Source: Eledone cirrhosa
Taxonomy: Eukaryota
Length of the DNA stretch: 64,000 nucleotides
Reading direction: 5' to 3'
Assembly: GCA_964016885.1 (NCBI GenBank)
Contig: OZ024759.1
Location: 3,472,001-3,536,000 of the forward strand
Made by a program: the position numbers and the translations under genes. Below the pieces are notes generated by a model. That model did no database searches. It saw nothing but the letters and a program-made list of their open reading frames with translations, and was not told the origin of the DNA. The first letter of the stretch is position 1. The number at the start of each line of letters is the position of its first letter. This document shows positions 60,950 through 64,000 of the stretch, one piece after another.

Positions 60950-61635
60950 AGTGACTATCAGACATAGTGTATCTAGGATTACATTATCTAATGTACAGTA
61001 CAGTAGTTAGTATTAGTGGCTATAAGACATAGTATATCTAGGACTACATTATCTAATGTACAGTATAGAAATTAGTATTACTGGCTATAAGACATAGTGT
61101 AACTAGGACTACATTATCTAATGTACAGTATAGAAATTAGTATTAATGGCTATCAGACATAGTGTACCTAGGACTACATTATCTAATGTACAGTATAGTG
61201 TCTATCAGACATAGTGTACCTAGGACTACATTATCTAATGTACAGTATAGTGGCTATCAGACATAGTGTACCTCGGACTACATTATCTAATGTACAGTAT
61301 AGTAGCTATTAGACATAGTGTACCTAGGACTACATTATCTAATGTACAGTATAGTGGCTATCAGACATAGTGTATCTAGGACTAGATTGTCTAATGTACA
61401 GTATAGTGGCTATCAGACATAGTGTATCTAGGACTACATTATATAATGTACAGTATAGTGGCTATCAGACATAGTGTACCTAGGACTACATTGTCTAATG
61501 TACAGTATAGTGGCTATCAGACATAGTGTACCTAGGACTACATTATATAATGTACAGTATAATGGCTATCAGACATAGTGTACCTAGGACTACATTATCT
61601 AATGTACTATATAGCAGTTAGTAATTGTGGCTATC
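60950..61635. repeat. 52-bp minisatellite (~12 units; the first ones are ~65 bp)
   Basis: Unit tggctatcagacatagtgtacctaggactacattatctaatgtacagtatag. Confidence 0.92.
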
Positions 61636-62729
61636 ATTATTATAGACTTCAAGTCGGTAGAGGGTCAGACGCCATGCTTTCCAGCATAGTTACGTCCCTT
61701 TACGATCTGAGTTCAAATCCCGCCGAGGTTGACTTTGTCTTTCATCCTTAGGGGGTCGATAAAATAAAGTACCAGTAATGCACTGGGTAATTACTGGTCT
61801 TGTGCCTAAAGTAGAAACAATTATTATAGACTTCAAGTAAATCTTTGTCAACTTACCTCCTTCACATATAATCAATGTGTTGTGTTGTTAGTTGTTACTA
61901 AACAACCAAAGAAATAATCTCTTTGTTATCAAATTAGAAGTTTCAATGTTATCAGCTTTATTTCCCGACATTAACGTTGGTGTATCTTCTTCATCTTTAG
62001 TCATAAATTGATATCTTGTCAGAATGAAGTAGTGAGGATGACTTTATATCTTTAGCTACAGATTTGATAGGAAATATATATAGATTAGATTGATATGTGG
62101 TCTAAAATATATATATTGTCTATAAATGACTGATAGCAGATGTTCTGGTGAAATAGTAGTTTTACTACTACAGATTGTAATGGAACTCTTAGTAGACACA
62201 ATTGTAAAGTAAGAATAGATATGACAGTGTAAGACTGATGTCGGGGAAATAAACTTGTGTATATATATATAATTGTTACACAAGATATAATTAGATTAAT
62301 TAAAGTTATAATTGTTTCTACTTTAGGCACAAGGCCAGCAAAGACCCAGTGCATTACCGGTACTTTATTTTATCAACCCCGTAAGGATGAAAGGCAAAGT
62401 CAACCTCGGCGGGATTTGAACTCAGATCGTAAAGGGACGTAACTATGCTGGAAAGCATGGCGTCCGACCCTCTACCGATACTGCCAATTCACCGCAATGA
62501 AGGCAGCAGGTACTCGGTATCGTTGCGCATGTTTCAACTCTCTTCCCGGTGTCATACGTTAAAAGTCCCTGATATAATTTAATACCTTCAGACACAGTTC
62601 CAATCGTTTTTAGTTTATTGTAAATCAGAAAGTATCACTCTATAAAATATCAATTATATATCAATAAGAAAACCTCTAGGTAGTCTCACTGACTGCTAGA
62701 AATAGCAGCGATATTACCCATTACAACTG

Positions 62730-62760
<31 letters not shown>

Positions 62761-63399
62761 CACACATATATGTACGTATGTATGTATATGTGTATATATG
62801 TGTATGAATGAGTATGTATGTGTGTATATGTGTACATAGGGTTTTGGTATATGTACGTTTGGTGAACATATGTGTATTTACCTGTAGGTATGTGTGAGTG
62901 TGCGTTCTATACGCATTTATGCGTGTATATTTATATATGTATTTATAATTATATGTATATATACACACACAAACATATATTTATATGTGTATTTGGTGCA
63001 TACAATCGTATGTGTGCGGGTATATGTGTTGCGCCGGTTTACGTCCGTGCGCGCCTGTTTATGTGTACGTATATGTATATGCATGCATGCCGTGAGTTTT
63101 CGCATATGCTCGTGTATAAATGTGTGTATGTATATATTTAATTATTATTACTTTTATGATTTTAATGACATCTGTCATTTTCGTTCAACTAATTTATTTA
63201 CATTATTCTGGACTCCGAAGCCGAGCATCATTCAGTTTCCTTAATAGAATATTAGTCTACGACTCCATTTACACTATAAACGTGGTTTTGTCTTTACGTG
63301 TAATTGTTGTCACCGCTCCACATAACGACGTATTATCTTCTTTTTCCCGTTCATTGCCAGGGAACGTCTTCACGAATCAAAGCATAAATTATTTTCACG

Positions 63400-64000
63400 A
63401 GCTGACGTACCCAGCTTCGCCCGGGTAAATAGATGATAAAAGAAAAGGTCCCTATTTACTCCCTTCACAACTCTGTATGTTAGACTGACAGACAGGCACA
63501 CAGACAGATAAACTGCGTGGCGATTGTGGAACGCCACACGTATACACACATACACGCACACAAACTTACACACGCACCCGTGCACTTACACACACGCACA
63601 CACTCACACATGTTGATAGTTTTTACTTTCTGTGGAACGCTGCACGCACGCACACATACATAAACATACGCGCACGTACATACACACGCACACATGTTAA
63701 TAGTTATTGCTTTACTCCCCCTCTTATTTCCACACACATCACACACACACACGTCTCTACACTGACACATATACATAGTGTATCCAACACAGCGTTCACT
63801 TTGCCTCTCTCTCGCCTCTCACTCTCTCATTGGCATTATACATATTAATTTAAGTTTGGCGTCGTTGAGGTGGGCGGAGTCGTTAGAAACCTATGAACCA
63901 ATGATAATCGAGAATTATGACACACGGAATATTGACATTGTTGAAATTAATATATAGACTAGCTGACGTACCCAGCTTCGCCCGGGTAAACAGATGATAA
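63400..64000. mobile_element. Possible Helitron/Helentron-associated non-autonomous element, tandem copies ~560 bp apart
   Basis: agctgacgtacccagcttcgcccgggtaaa.agatgataa occurs at 63400 and 63961 (the latter preceded by ACT, giving ACTAG); (ACAG)n-like and (CA)n tracts lie inside. Confidence 0.4.

Overview
Eukaryotic, AT-rich, very repeat-dense genomic DNA, most likely from an octopus. This is inferred from the CORE-type and other tRNA-derived SINEs, RTE LINEs with (ATG)n tails, and a decayed [16 protein letters not shown]-type C2H2 array. The only host gene visible is a minus-strand MEGF-like extracellular protein with laminin-type EGF repeats and an F-type lectin (fucolectin-like) domain. 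I can join eight exons between 26483 and 5782, all phase 1-1 and in frame, but one has ATAAGT where the GT donor should be. The rest of the window is mobile DNA: a near full-length Tx1/L1-type LINE inside a 72-bp tandem array that is itself the inflated interior of a TTAA-flanked MITE, RTE LINEs, a Penelope-like element, an internally deleted Gypsy LTR element, hAT and Tc1/pogo MITEs, many SINEs, and several minisatellites, including an 8.3-kb complex satellite. The signal the ORF track does not show is about nine type I hammerhead ribozyme motifs from several sequence families. Two loci carry direct hammerhead pairs about 1.2 kb apart around non-coding microsatellite DNA, resembling retrozymes or non-autonomous Penelope elements. 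All calls were made by eye without database searches. Nearly all ORFs in the supplied track that come from microsatellites or satellites are artefacts.
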